From the NCBI RefSeq assembly GCF_000812185.1, contig NZ_CP007026.1:234426-266425 (forward strand): a stretch of 32,000 nt of DNA, read 5' to 3'. The notes beneath the pieces were generated by a model. That model was not told the DNA's origin, did not search any database, and was given only the letters and a program-made list of their open reading frames with translations. Source of the DNA: Candidatus Nitrosopelagicus brevis. Its GTDB lineage: Archaea > Thermoproteota > Nitrososphaeria > Nitrososphaerales > Nitrosopumilaceae. Every line of letters begins with the position of its first letter. The stretch's first letter is position 1. Below are positions 1 through 10,459 of the stretch, in pieces. Both the position numbers and the translations under genes were made by a program.

Positions 1-182
1 TCAACTCCTTCTAATCTAATATCTACAAGTCCAAAAACTTCAATTGGTTCTCCGGCTGCATAGGATTCTTTTTCAGTTGTAACTGTCAAGACTTGGTTTG
101 ATTGAGCAATTGATTCTCCTCCAAGAAATGGTAATAATATCAAACTAGCAATTACTAGAATAGAAACCTCTTTTGATTTCAC
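1..182 (-). CDS. Secreted protein, N-terminal part only; the gene runs off the left edge
   Basis: The minus-strand frame is open from the window edge. The nearest start is GTG at 182, because the upstream ATG at about 214 hits a stop after 5 codons. Translation begins VKSKEVSILVIASLILLPFLGGESIAQSNQVLTVTTEKESYAAGEPIEVFGL, a signal-peptide-like hydrophobic N-terminus followed by a beta-rich region. Confidence 0.4.
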   Translation of the reverse strand, partial: MKSKEVSILVIASLILLPFLGGESIAQSNQVLTVTTEKESYAAGEPIEVFGLVDIRLEGV

Positions 183-364
183 AATTCTAGACTCTTTGGA
201 TCATATTTAACCAGTTTGTGTAAAAAAAACCAATTAGAATAGAAAATTTTTGAAATTTCTGAAAAATTTCTAATTAAATATATATTGCGCTCATAGAGAA
301 TTTGTTCAGTTTGTATCAATTCTTCTTTTCAGTAACTAGTGTTATGCATGGGGGATTGAATTAG

Positions 365-616
365 ATGGCAACCAAGAAAAACCCAATTTTAGTACCAGAT
401 CACGTTTATGTCCCAAAACATGAAATCATGACAAAAAAAGATGCTCAAAAAGTTTTAGACGAATTTAATTGTAAACCAACAGAATTACCATTAATCTTTG
501 TAACCGATCCTGCAATTCTTGGACTTGGAGTAAAACCAGGTGACATGATAAGAATTACAAGAAAAAGTGGAACTGCAGGTGAAAGTACCTATTATCGATA
601 CGTGGTGGAAACTTAA
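365..616 (+). CDS. rpoH: DNA-directed RNA polymerase subunit H (Rpo5)
   Basis: 83 aa with the typical RpoH pattern: LVPDHVYVPKHEIM, LPLIFVTDPA, GDMIRITRKSGTAGESTYYRYVV. It sits directly upstream of rpoB with a TAATG stop/start overlap. Confidence 0.9.
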   Translation: MATKKNPILVPDHVYVPKHEIMTKKDAQKVLDEFNCKPTELPLIFVTDPAILGLGVKPGDMIRITRKSGTAGESTYYRYVVET

Positions 617-3600
617 TGGCAGAAAATTATAATCAACGTTGGCCTGTCATTCAAGACATACTTCGAAGAGAAGGAATTGCACGACAACATCTTACTTCTT
701 TTGATGAATTTTTAGATAATGGATTACAAAGTATTATTCAAGAAGTAGGACAAATTGAAATTGAAAATGCAGAATATCCTTACAAAATCCAACTTGGAAA
801 AATAAAACTTCAACAACCAAGAATGATGGAATTAGACGGTTCTATTACTCATGTAACTCCTGCTGAGGCAAGACTAAGAAACATTTCATATGTTGCACCA
901 ATCATGATGGAAGCAAGTGTTGTTGAAGATGGTAAAACTCTAGAAACTCGTTTTGTTCACATTGGTGACATGCCAGTAATGGTAAAGTCACATGCATGTA
1001 TTCTAAATACATTCACTGATCAAAAATTAATTGATCATCAAGAAGATCCTCGTGACCCTGGTGGATATTTCATCATTAATGGTTCTGAAAGAGTTGTGGT
1101 TGGATTAGAAGATCTTTCTTACAATAAAATTATTGTTGATGCAGAAAAAGTTGGAGGAAAAATAGTTCACAAAGCTAAAGTTTATTCTTCAATTATTGGT
1201 TACCGTGCAAAATTAGAATTAATTATGAAAGATGATGGAATGATTGTTGCAAAAATTCCTGGTTCTCCTGTAGACATTCCAGTTGTAACTTTAATGCGTG
1301 CACTCGGATTGGAATCTGACAAAGACATTGCAGGTGCAGTATCACTTGTTGATGAAATACAAGATCATTTGGAAGGCTCATTTGAAAAAGCAGGTGATGT
1401 CCCAACTTCAAAAGACGCAATTGTTTACATCAGTAAAAGAATTGCACCAGGAATGTTAGAAGAATTTCAAATTAAAAGAGCTGAAACACTTCTTGATTGG
1501 GGTTTGTTACCTCACTTGGGCAAACATCCAGAAAATAGAAAAGAAAAAGCTCACTTTATGGGTGAAGCAGCATGTAAATTATTAGAACTAAAGCTAGGAT
1601 GGATTGATCCAGATGACAAAGATCATTATGGAAACAAAGTTATCAAGTTCGCAGGTCAAATGCTTGCTGATTTGTTTAGAACTGCATTCCGTAATTTAGT
1701 TAGAGACATGAAGTATCAACTAGAACGCTCTGGTCAAAAACGTGGAATAAATGCAGTTGCTGCAGCCATACGACCTGGAATTGTTTCAGATAAACTAAAC
1801 AATGCAATTGCCACTGGAAACTGGGGACGAGGACGTGTAGGAGTTACACAATTACTTGACAGAACTAATTATCTCTCAACTATCAGTCATTTGAGACGAG
1901 TACAATCTCCTCTAAGTAGAACTCAACCAAACTTTGAAGCAAGAGATCTACATTCCACACACTTTGGTAGAATCTGTCCAAGTGAAACTCCTGAAGGCTC
2001 AAACTGTGGTTTGGTAAAGAACTTGGCATTATCTGCAATTATATCTCAAAATGTTCCATCTGAAGAAATTGTCGAGAAATTATTTGATATTGGTGTATCT
2101 GATTTAGTATCTACATCTAATGATGTTAAGAAAGATGGTACCAGAGTATTCGTTGATGGAAAATTAATTGGATTCCACAAAGACGGACAAAATCTAGTAG
2201 ATCAAATGCGTGAGTTTAGAAGAACTTCAAAAATACATCCACATGTTGGAATATCTATACACAAGCCTGAAGAAGAAGGTGCTACTCAAAGATTATACGT
2301 AAATTGTAATGCTGGTCGTGTACTAAGACCACTTGTAATAATTAAAGACGGTAAAACTCTACTTTCAAATGACATTCTTGAGAAAATATCCAAGAAACTA
2401 ATCTCTTGGAATGATCTTGTTCGAATGGGAGTAATTGAATTACTAGATGCAAATGAAGAAGAAAATTGTTATGTAACATTTGATGATAAAAATACAAAAA
2501 AATTCACTCATATGGAAATTTTCCCATCTGCAATTCTTGGTGCTGGTGCATCAATCATTCCTTATCCTGAACATAATCAATCTCCAAGAAATACTTACGA
2601 ATCAGCCATGGCAAAACAAAGTCTTGGATTTTCAACTCCTATGATGAATACTAGTACTTACGTTAGACAACATTTCATGCTATACCCACAAACACCAATT
2701 GTTTCTACACGTGCAATGAATTTACTTGGAATGGAAGAAAGACCTGCAGGAGTAAATTGTACTGTTGCAGTATTACCGTTTGATGGTTATAACATTGAAG
2801 ATGCAATTGTATTGAATCGTTCATCTGTAGACAGAGGTTTATTCCGAACTTTCTTTTACAGAATTTATGATACTGAAGCCAAACAATATCCTGGTGGAAT
2901 GAGAGACAACTTTGAGGTTCCAAACGCAGACGATAATGTCCGTGGTTACAAAGGAGAAAAAGCATACAGAATGTTAGAAGATGATGGAATTGTAGCAACT
3001 GAATCTGGAGTTGACGGTGGTGATATTTTAATTGGAAAAACTAGTCCTCCGAGATTTATGGAAGAGTATAAAGAATTTGAAACAAGTGGTCCATACAGAC
3101 GTGATACATCTGTTGGTGTAAGACCTTCTGAACATGGTGTTGTTGATACTGTTGTAATGACTCAATCTAATGAAGGTGGAAAAATGTACAAAATCCGTGT
3201 ACGTGATATGAGAATTCCAGAAATCGGTGATAAATTTGCATCAAGACATGGGCAAAAAGGTGTGCTTGGAATTTTAGCAAAACAAGAAGATCTACCATAC
3301 ACTGAACAAGGAATTCAACCTGATGTTTTGATTAATCCACATGCATTCCCATCTAGAATGACTGTTGGAATGATGATGGAATCTGTTTGTGGAAAAGCTG
3401 CCGCACTTAGAGGAAAACAATTTGATGGTTCTGCATTTGTTGGAGAAAAAATGGATATTGTAAAAGAAATTCTTGATAAACAAGGTTTCAAGTATTCTGG
3501 TAAAGAAAAAATGTATGACGGTAGAACCGGTAAAGCATTTGAAGTTGATACTTTCATTGGAGTTGTATATTATCAAAAACTTCATCATATGGTTTCAGAT

Positions 3601-3963
3601 AAAATCCATGCTAGAGCAAGAGGTCAAGTCCAGATGCTTACTAAACAACCAACTGAAGGTCGTGCTCGTGGTGGTGGTTTAAGATTTGGTGAAATGGAAC
3701 GTGACTGTTTAATTGCATATGGTGCATCAATGCTTCTAAAAGATAGATTGTTGGATGAATCTGATAAAACTGACATTTTACTATGTGAAAAATGTGGATT
3801 AACCGGTTATCATGATGCAAGAAAAAGAAAATTTGTCTGTGCACAATGTGGTGAGAATGCACCTATATCATCTGTATCCGTTGCATATGCTTTCAAACTA
3901 CTTTTACAAGAAATTCTAAGTCTTAACATCGCACCGAGATTGAAACTAAAGGAGAGAGTATAA
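616..3963 (+). CDS. rpoB: DNA-directed RNA polymerase subunit B (Rpo2), unsplit
   Basis: 1115 aa. Conserved RNAP beta-like motifs are present: GYFIINGSERV, SHLRRV, ICPSETPEGSNCGLVKNLAL, FASRHGQKG, GGLRFGEMERDCLIAYGAS. There is a C-terminal Cys4 zinc ribbon (CEKCG...CAQCG). Confidence 0.97.
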   Translation: MAENYNQRWPVIQDILRREGIARQHLTSFDEFLDNGLQSIIQEVGQIEIENAEYPYKIQLGKIKLQQPRMMELDGSITHVTPAEARLRNISYVAPIMMEASVVEDGKTLETRFVHIGDMPVMVKSHACILNTFTDQKLIDHQEDPRDPGGYFIINGSERVVVGLEDLSYNKIIVDAEKVGGKIVHKAKVYSSIIGYRAKLELIMKDDGMIVAKIPGSPVDIPVVTLMRALGLESDKDIAGAVSLVDEIQDHLEGSFEKAGDVPTSKDAIVYISKRIAPGMLEEFQIKRAETLLDWGLLPHLGKHPENRKEKAHFMGEAACKLLELKLGWIDPDDKDHYGNKVIKFAGQMLADLFRTAFRNLVRDMKYQLERSGQKRGINAVAAAIRPGIVSDKLNNAIATGNWGRGRVGVTQLLDRTNYLSTISHLRRVQSPLSRTQPNFEARDLHSTHFGRICPSETPEGSNCGLVKNLALSAIISQNVPSEEIVEKLFDIGVSDLVSTSNDVKKDGTRVFVDGKLIGFHKDGQNLVDQMREFRRTSKIHPHVGISIHKPEEEGATQRLYVNCNAGRVLRPLVIIKDGKTLLSNDILEKISKKLISWNDLVRMGVIELLDANEEENCYVTFDDKNTKKFTHMEIFPSAILGAGASIIPYPEHNQSPRNTYESAMAKQSLGFSTPMMNTSTYVRQHFMLYPQTPIVSTRAMNLLGMEERPAGVNCTVAVLPFDGYNIEDAIVLNRSSVDRGLFRTFFYRIYDTEAKQYPGGMRDNFEVPNADDNVRGYKGEKAYRMLEDDGIVATESGVDGGDILIGKTSPPRFMEEYKEFETSGPYRRDTSVGVRPSEHGVVDTVVMTQSNEGGKMYKIRVRDMRIPEIGDKFASRHGQKGVLGILAKQEDLPYTEQGIQPDVLINPHAFPSRMTVGMMMESVCGKAAALRGKQFDGSAFVGEKMDIVKEILDKQGFKYSGKEKMYDGRTGKAFEVDTFIGVVYYQKLHHMVSDKIHARARGQVQMLTKQPTEGRARGGGLRFGEMERDCLIAYGASMLLKDRLLDESDKTDILLCEKCGLTGYHDARKRKFVCAQCGENAPISSVSVAYAFKLLLQEILSLNIAPRLKLKERV

Positions 3964-6900
3964 TGTCTGTTACATCTACAAAATCAATTGAAGGAATAAC
4001 ATTTGCAGTCTGGTCTCCTCAGGAAATTAGAAAATATTCTGTTGTTGAAATTACACAGCCTGAAACATATGACGAAGATGGTATGGCTGTACAAGGAGGT
4101 CTAATGGATGGTAGATTAGGAGTTTTAGAACCTGGACAAAAATGTCTTACTGACGGTAATACTGCTGCTAGAAGCCCTGGACATTTCGGTCACATTGAAT
4201 TAGCAGAGCCTGTTTTACACATTGCATTTGTTGACAATATCTACAAATTACTACAATCAACATGTCGTACTTGTGGAAGAATCAAGATGTCTCCTGAAGA
4301 TATCAAAGAATTTTCTAAAATTAAAGAACGTCAAGCATCATACACTGTTTTGTCTCAAAAAAGAATTCCAGATCAAATTCAAGAAAAGGCTAAAAAACAA
4401 AAGGATTGTCCTCACTGTGGAAAATCTCAATACGAATTAATTTTCACAAAACCAACAACATTTGTAGAAAAAACAGAGATTGGTGAAAACAGATTACTAC
4501 CTATTACAATTAGAGAAAGATTATCAATAATTCCTGATGAAGATCTTGCATTATTGGGATATGATCCTAAGACTGCACGTCCAGAATGGTTTGTTTTACA
4601 AGCATTACCTGTACCTCCTGTAACTGTTAGACCTTCAATTATTCTAGAAACTGGAATTCGCTCTGAAGATGATCTTACTCACAAATTAGTTGACATTATT
4701 CGTGTTAATCAAAGACTAAAGGAAAGTAAAGAAGCTGGAACTCCTCCACTAATTGTACAGGACTTGGTTGATCTTTTACAATATCACGTTACAACCTATT
4801 TTGATAATGAAGTTAGTGGAATTCCACAAGCCCATCATCGTTCTGGACGTCCACTCAAAACATTAACTCAAAGATTAAAAGGAAAAGAAGGACGATTTAG
4901 AGGTTCATTATCTGGAAAACGTGTTGACTTTTCAAGTAGAACTGTTATCTCTCCAGATCCAAACTTAGATTTATCTGAAGTTGGCGTTCCTGAAACTGTA
5001 GCCAAAAAATTAACCATTCCTGAAATTGTAACTGATTGGAATATTGAAAAATTAAAAAAATTGGTAATCAACGGTCCATCTACTTTCCCTGGTGTGAATT
5101 ACATTACACGTCCTGATGGTGTAAAAATTAGACTTGACTTTGTTGAAGACCGTTCATTAATTGCTGATTCCCTAGAAATTGGATTCTTGGTTGAAAGACA
5201 TCTAATGGATGGTGATATTGTATTGTTCAACAGACAACCATCACTTCACCAAATGTCTATCATGGCACATTATGTTAGAGTATTACCTGGAAAAACTTTC
5301 AGACTACATCCATCTGTTTGTCCTCCTTACAATGCTGACTTTGATGGTGATGAAATGAATCTTCATGTTCCACAAAGTGAAGAAGCACGTTCTGAAGCAA
5401 TTTTACTAATGAGAGTTCAAGATCAATTAATTTCTCCAAGATTTGGAGGTCCAATTATTGGTGGTCTTCGTGACTTTATCACTGGTGCATACCTCATGAC
5501 AAAAGACGGAACAACTCTATCTAGTCAAGAGTTTGCAAATCTTGCAATGCTTGGAGGATTTACAGGACAACTACCAGAACCTGAAAACAAGAAAGAAAAT
5601 CTCTATACTGGAAAACAATTATTCTCAATATTCCTTCCTGAAGATTTCAATTATGTAATGACATCAAAGTGGTCTAAAGGTACTAAAGGAAAAGAAAAAG
5701 ATGTTGTAATCAAAAATGGCCAACTAATCAGTGGTGTAATTGATAAATCATCAATTGGTGCTGAAGAACCAGAAAGTGTACTACATAGAATTGCAAAAGA
5801 TTATGGTAATGAAAAAGCAAAAATTTTCTTAAACTCTGAATTAATTGTTATCAAACAATTCATCACTCATTATGGATTTAGTTATGGATATGGTGACTTG
5901 GAAGTTCCTGAAAAAGATCGTGAAGGAATCAGTTCTGACATAAATCAAACATATGATGAAGTTTTAGATTTGATTAGTCAAGAAAAGAAAGGAACACTAA
6001 AGGCAACAAGAGGAATGACTACTCAAGAAACTCTTGAAGCATACATTGTAAATAATTTGGGTAAACTAAGGGACAGAGCTGCCACTGCTGCAAATCTCTC
6101 ACTTGATGATGATAATGCGGGTAAAATTATGGCAACTACTGGCGCTAGAGGTTCATCATTAAACGTAGGACAAATGGCTGGCGCCTTGGGTCAACAAGCA
6201 AGAAGAGGTAACCGTCTTAACAAAGGCTACAATAATCGAGTTTTAACTCATTTCGAAGAGCATGAAAATGATCCTGACGCTCATGGATTTGTAAAATCAA
6301 ATTATCGTGATGGTTTATCGACTCTAGAATTTTTCTTCCACGCTATGGGTGGTAGAGAAGGTCTTGTAGATACTGCTGTAAGAACACAGCAAAGTGGATA
6401 CATGCAAAGAAGACTGATCAATGCTTTAGAACATATTAAACTTGAATATGACGGAACCGTTAGAGATCCACACGGTCACATCATTCAATTCTTGTATGGT
6501 GAAGATGGAATTGATGTAGCAAAAAGTGATCATGGTGAAGCATTTAACGTTGATAGATTAATTGAATCTGAAAGTATTGTTGATTCTGGAAAAGCCGCAA
6601 CAAAGGACGAAATTGCACCAATTATCAAAAAATACACTAGTGAATTTAATCCTCGTTTAACAAACGCTGTAAGTAATTCATTAGAAAATTCAAAATTAAG
6701 TAAACAAGGTGTTGAGAAAGTAGCTAAGAAAGGATTATCTTTATACAATAACGCAAAGGCAGAACCTGGTCAAGCTGTAGGAATTGTAACTGCTCAGTCT
6801 ATTGGTGAACCTGGAACTCAGATGACTTTGAGAACATTCCACTTTGCAGGAATTGCAGAGAGAAACGTTACCTTAGGTCTTCCAAGATTAATTGAATTGG

Positions 6901-7769
6901 TAGATGCAAGAAAGAAACCTGTCACTCCAACAATGGATATTTACTTGTCTGGTGATGCAAAAACCGATCAAGCAAAAACTGTCGAAGTTGCTCGAAATAT
7001 TCTACAAACCACTGTTAATGATCTAATCCTTGATGCTGATACTGATTATAAAACAAAAATCACACTCAACCTAAATGAAAGAAAACTAACTGACCGTGGT
7101 TGTACTTTAGATGATGTCAAAGCAGCACTAGAATCTAATAAAAAATTCAAAATGGAAGATAATGGAATTAATTCAGTTGTTCTTAACTTAGTTGATGAGG
7201 AAGCTGACGCTCCTGCTGTCATTGTAGTAAGAAACAAGGTGCTAAAAACAACCGTAAAGGGTGTTCCTGACATTGCACGTGTTACAATTGTCAAAAAGAA
7301 TGATGAATATGTTATTCAAACAACCGGTTCTAATCTTTCTAAAGTATTGGAAGTTGAAGGAATTGATAAAAATAATGTTAGAACAAACAACGTTTCTGAA
7401 ATTGCTGAAACACTTGGAATAGAGGCTGCAAGAAATGCTTTGATTAATGAATTAAGTAATACACTAGAGGATCAAGGTCTGGAAGTTGACCAAAGATATC
7501 TAATGTTGGTATCTGATTTAATGTGTCATCGTGGATATATGCAACAAATTGGACGTCATGGAATTGCAGGTACTAAAGACAGTGTATTGGCACGTGCTGC
7601 ATTTGAAATCACCGTGCCAACAATTGCAGGAGCTGCAAGAACCGGTGAAACTGAACAACTAAGAGGAATAACAGAAAATGTTATTGTTGGAAGCCAAATT
7701 CCAATTGGTAGTGGAACTGTTGATTTGTACATGCAAGTTGCAAAGAAACGTGGTTCTGACAAATCCTAA
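3963..7769 (+). CDS. rpoA: DNA-directed RNA polymerase subunit A (Rpo1), A' and A'' fused in one ORF
   Basis: 1268 aa. It has the N-terminal zinc clamp (CLTDGN...GHFGHIEL), the catalytic NADFDGDEMN motif, the bridge helix (GREGLVDTAVRTQQSGYMQRRL) and the A''-type trigger-loop region (GEPGTQMTLRTFHFAGI) in one continuous frame. TAATG overlap with rpoB. Confidence 0.97.
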   Translation: MSVTSTKSIEGITFAVWSPQEIRKYSVVEITQPETYDEDGMAVQGGLMDGRLGVLEPGQKCLTDGNTAARSPGHFGHIELAEPVLHIAFVDNIYKLLQSTCRTCGRIKMSPEDIKEFSKIKERQASYTVLSQKRIPDQIQEKAKKQKDCPHCGKSQYELIFTKPTTFVEKTEIGENRLLPITIRERLSIIPDEDLALLGYDPKTARPEWFVLQALPVPPVTVRPSIILETGIRSEDDLTHKLVDIIRVNQRLKESKEAGTPPLIVQDLVDLLQYHVTTYFDNEVSGIPQAHHRSGRPLKTLTQRLKGKEGRFRGSLSGKRVDFSSRTVISPDPNLDLSEVGVPETVAKKLTIPEIVTDWNIEKLKKLVINGPSTFPGVNYITRPDGVKIRLDFVEDRSLIADSLEIGFLVERHLMDGDIVLFNRQPSLHQMSIMAHYVRVLPGKTFRLHPSVCPPYNADFDGDEMNLHVPQSEEARSEAILLMRVQDQLISPRFGGPIIGGLRDFITGAYLMTKDGTTLSSQEFANLAMLGGFTGQLPEPENKKENLYTGKQLFSIFLPEDFNYVMTSKWSKGTKGKEKDVVIKNGQLISGVIDKSSIGAEEPESVLHRIAKDYGNEKAKIFLNSELIVIKQFITHYGFSYGYGDLEVPEKDREGISSDINQTYDEVLDLISQEKKGTLKATRGMTTQETLEAYIVNNLGKLRDRAATAANLSLDDDNAGKIMATTGARGSSLNVGQMAGALGQQARRGNRLNKGYNNRVLTHFEEHENDPDAHGFVKSNYRDGLSTLEFFFHAMGGREGLVDTAVRTQQSGYMQRRLINALEHIKLEYDGTVRDPHGHIIQFLYGEDGIDVAKSDHGEAFNVDRLIESESIVDSGKAATKDEIAPIIKKYTSEFNPRLTNAVSNSLENSKLSKQGVEKVAKKGLSLYNNAKAEPGQAVGIVTAQSIGEPGTQMTLRTFHFAGIAERNVTLGLPRLIELVDARKKPVTPTMDIYLSGDAKTDQAKTVEVARNILQTTVNDLILDADTDYKTKITLNLNERKLTDRGCTLDDVKAALESNKKFKMEDNGINSVVLNLVDEEADAPAVIVVRNKVLKTTVKGVPDIARVTIVKKNDEYVIQTTGSNLSKVLEVEGIDKNNVRTNNVSEIAETLGIEAARNALINELSNTLEDQGLEVDQRYLMLVSDLMCHRGYMQQIGRHGIAGTKDSVLARAAFEITVPTIAGAARTGETEQLRGITENVIVGSQIPIGSGTVDLYMQVAKKRGSDKS

Positions 7770-7800
7770 AAAATATTAAGCTATAATTTTCAATAAAATC

Positions 7801-8145
7801 ATGTTAGAAACATGGGTTGAAAAAATTAAAACTAACGATCCAAAACAAGTAGCATCATTATATCATGCTGATGGATTACTATTAGGAACATTTTCTGATA
7901 TAGAAAGAAAAGGATATGATCTAATTTTGGAATACTTTGAAAATTTACTGAAAGCAAAAGTTGATGTTGAAATTGTTACACAACACAAGCATGAAACTGA
8001 ATCTCTAATAGCAAATTCTGGTCTATACAATTTCATTGTAGATGGAAAAACTGTAAATGCAAGATTTTCATTCGTTTTCATAAAAACTGATGGCGACTGG
8101 AAAATTCTATCACATCATTCCTCAGTTCTACCTGAAAGTCACTAA
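7801..8145 (+). CDS. NTF2-fold / SnoaL-like small protein (DUF4440-like)
   Basis: 114 aa. N-terminal W..ki...D...va.lY..DgvLlGT pattern and C-terminal ARFSFVF.K.DG.WKI..HHSS are typical of SgcJ/EcaC and CaMKII-association-domain-like NTF2 proteins. The family call is from memory only. Confidence 0.5.
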   Translation: MLETWVEKIKTNDPKQVASLYHADGLLLGTFSDIERKGYDLILEYFENLLKAKVDVEIVTQHKHETESLIANSGLYNFIVDGKTVNARFSFVFIKTDGDWKILSHHSSVLPESH

Positions 8146-8177
8146 GACTTTTAATCATAGTAAACTTTTGAAAAATA

Positions 8178-8687
8178 TTGGTTAAGAAAGATCCTAATTA
8201 CAAAAAACCACAAGACCCAAAAAGTTTTGGAGCGTTTCTAAAGAAGAGAGCACCAATATATCTTGGATTACTTGGTCTATTCTTCATATTTGCATACCCT
8301 GCACTAACTGAAAACAATCTTAATTCAATACTTGATGATTCATTTCAAGGAAATGAAAGAATTGCTGTAGATATGGTAAAGTTTTATTCTGGACCAAATA
8401 ATACTGGCATAACAACTTTTGAAGTAATTGAAGAAAAAATTAATGAAAAATATGAAGGTATCAAAATATTTGATGATGAAAATACAACTGCAACATTTTT
8501 CGTTGAATACATCCCACCATTTCTAGAGGCAAAGAATGAGTTTACTCACCAGGTAATTTTCACGTTCAATACAGAGGGTAATCAACCAATAATTTACAAC
8601 TGGTTTGTTAATATTGAAAATGGAGAAATCTCTCCAATCGATGATGATACAAAAAATATACAACAAACCGTTGATTATTATGACTAA
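8178..8687 (+). CDS. Hypothetical membrane-anchored protein
   Basis: 169-aa ORF with a TTG start and no in-frame ATG near the 5' end. It has a basic N-terminus and one TM helix (APIYLGLLGLFFIFAYPAL), then a soluble domain. A TATA-like cttttaatcata lies about 25 nt upstream. Confidence 0.5.
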   Translation: MVKKDPNYKKPQDPKSFGAFLKKRAPIYLGLLGLFFIFAYPALTENNLNSILDDSFQGNERIAVDMVKFYSGPNNTGITTFEVIEEKINEKYEGIKIFDDENTTATFFVEYIPPFLEAKNEFTHQVIFTFNTEGNQPIIYNWFVNIENGEISPIDDDTKNIQQTVDYYD

Positions 8688-8726
8688 TTTCTTTAGGTAT
8701 TAATTATCACTAATTTATGATATTTT

Positions 8727-9083
8727 ATGAAAACACGATTAGGCTGTTCATTTGAGATTGATTTTGCTCATACACTAAGAGGTCATCCAAAATGTGGAAA
8801 ACCTCATGGCCATACATCTAGAATAATTGTTGAAGTTCAAGGTGATGTAAAGAAAGGTGGGTCATATGAGGAAAACATGGTTATAGAATTTGATAAAATG
8901 AAAAAATTATGTTGGGAAACAATTGAACAATTAGATCATAGAAATCTAAATGAACTCTTTGATTTTCCAACATCCGAAAATATTACCGAATGGATTTTTG
9001 ACAATCTAAAAGACAAAGTTCCATTACATTCTGTAAAATTCTTTGAAGGAACAAACAAGTATTGTGAAATTACATCTGACTAG
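8727..9083 (+). CDS. queD: 6-carboxytetrahydropterin / 6-pyruvoyl-tetrahydropterin synthase family (QueD-like)
   Basis: 118 aa. It has FEIDFAHTL, the catalytic CGKPHGHTSRIIVEVQG (Cys-x3-HGH) and LDHRNLNE motifs characteristic of the PTPS/QueD family. Confidence 0.8.
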   Translation: MKTRLGCSFEIDFAHTLRGHPKCGKPHGHTSRIIVEVQGDVKKGGSYEENMVIEFDKMKKLCWETIEQLDHRNLNELFDFPTSENITEWIFDNLKDKVPLHSVKFFEGTNKYCEITSD

Positions 9084-9085
9084 AA

Positions 9086-10267
9086 TTATTTAATTAAAAT
9101 TTCTGTAGAAACTGTCTCTGTTAATGGAATTGCTCCTTTAATTGAATTCCATACAAATCTATCAACTGTATATTTTCCAGTTTCTTGAACTGTCCATGAA
9201 ACAGACATACCAAGTTCTTGAGATGGAATAACTTGACCAGTTACCCATGATAAAGATATGACATTATTGTTTTCATTTTTTATTTGCACAATATATGTAA
9301 ATTCTTGGGTATAATCTAGAGTATTCCTAATTTTAGAAAAAATCATCCCTGTTTTTCCTATATCTAATTCTTCAATTAATTTTCCATCTTGTGATAAAAT
9401 CTCTGATTCAGACAAGGATAATCTTTCTGTTGAAGGGAGATTTGAAATGATTTTTTCTTGAGCTAAAACATCTAATTCATCATTTGTATTGTAAGGTTTT
9501 GGTAATGTCCTATCTACATACTTTGCAGTAATTTGTGAATCTGGAAGTGCATATAGACGACTTCCACTAGATTGATCATCTTTTGTAAATGAGATAATTC
9601 CTTCAAAAATTCCTGAATCTTCTGTTGTTTCAGAAATTTCTAAATTAATCCCTGCACTATCATCTTCAGAAAATACTTCAATGTTTACTGTATCGATACT
9701 TTCGGGATTCAAGTTCATATCCCTTTCAAATAATTTAATTTTTGCAAATTTTTCAGTTACATCTGTTATCCGTAAATCTCCTTCATTCCATTCTATTTTT
9801 GCAGATTCAGATAGAATTACTCCATCTGCAAACTCAAATGAAACTGTTATTCCTGAATCTTCATCATTTTGAAGATATCCCCCGTTTGGTCCTCCTCCTA
9901 ATGTTCTTGGATTTGTATCATTCACGCCATCTCCATCGACATCATGAAGAAATCCTGTTAGAATAATTTCTCCTGTAAAAATTCCGCTCGTTGGATCTGT
10001 TTCGTATAGTTTGTACTCTTCTAATCTATGATCCTTTGTGTAAACATCAACTGAATAATTTGGATCACCTCCAATACTATCAATTAGATTCATTCCTGTG
10101 TTCCAGCTCGGAGCAATAATTGTGATTTCCACTTTTTCAGTCCAACTGTAAACTGGTTTATTAAAAAAGATAGGCGCATATGGTTTGTCATAGTCTGGAA
10201 TTTCTTCAGCAAACGCGAATTGTGCTATTGGCACTAAAAATAATATTAAAAAAATTTGTTTTAGCAT
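9086..10267 (-). CDS. Secreted protein with internal repeat modules
   Basis: 393 aa. Signal peptide MLKQIFLILFLVPIAQFAFA. Two copies of an ET-x3-SGIF-x-G-x-I module (ETDPTSGIFTGEIIL and ETTEDSGIFEGIISF). The rest is acidic and beta-rich, and no TM anchor is seen. Confidence 0.7.
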   Translation of the reverse strand: MLKQIFLILFLVPIAQFAFAEEIPDYDKPYAPIFFNKPVYSWTEKVEITIIAPSWNTGMNLIDSIGGDPNYSVDVYTKDHRLEEYKLYETDPTSGIFTGEIILTGFLHDVDGDGVNDTNPRTLGGGPNGGYLQNDEDSGITVSFEFADGVILSESAKIEWNEGDLRITDVTEKFAKIKLFERDMNLNPESIDTVNIEVFSEDDSAGINLEISETTEDSGIFEGIISFTKDDQSSGSRLYALPDSQITAKYVDRTLPKPYNTNDELDVLAQEKIISNLPSTERLSLSESEILSQDGKLIEELDIGKTGMIFSKIRNTLDYTQEFTYIVQIKNENNNVISLSWVTGQVIPSQELGMSVSWTVQETGKYTVDRFVWNSIKGAIPLTETVSTEILIK

Positions 10268-10459
10268 ACATCTGCTATGTTTTAATATTATTTATACGAC
10301 AACAGATTTCATATTGAAAAAATCTGAATTAAGAAAATTAATCTCTGATTATTCATTACTAAAAATCAAATCAAAAAAACATAATGTGACTAATAAATTA
10401 AAGCAAATAGAGCATAGGTACTTTCATGAAACTGGAAGAAATATCATTGATGATATGTC

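Noticed and set aside
1223-7762. Many 60-100 aa ORFs antisense to or out of frame within rpoB and rpoA (for example 1223..1420, 2705..2998, 3292..3588, 4222..4440, 7046..7294)
   Set aside because: All are embedded in very strongly supported RNAP coding frames. They have odd His/Leu/Phe-rich compositions typical of antisense translation.
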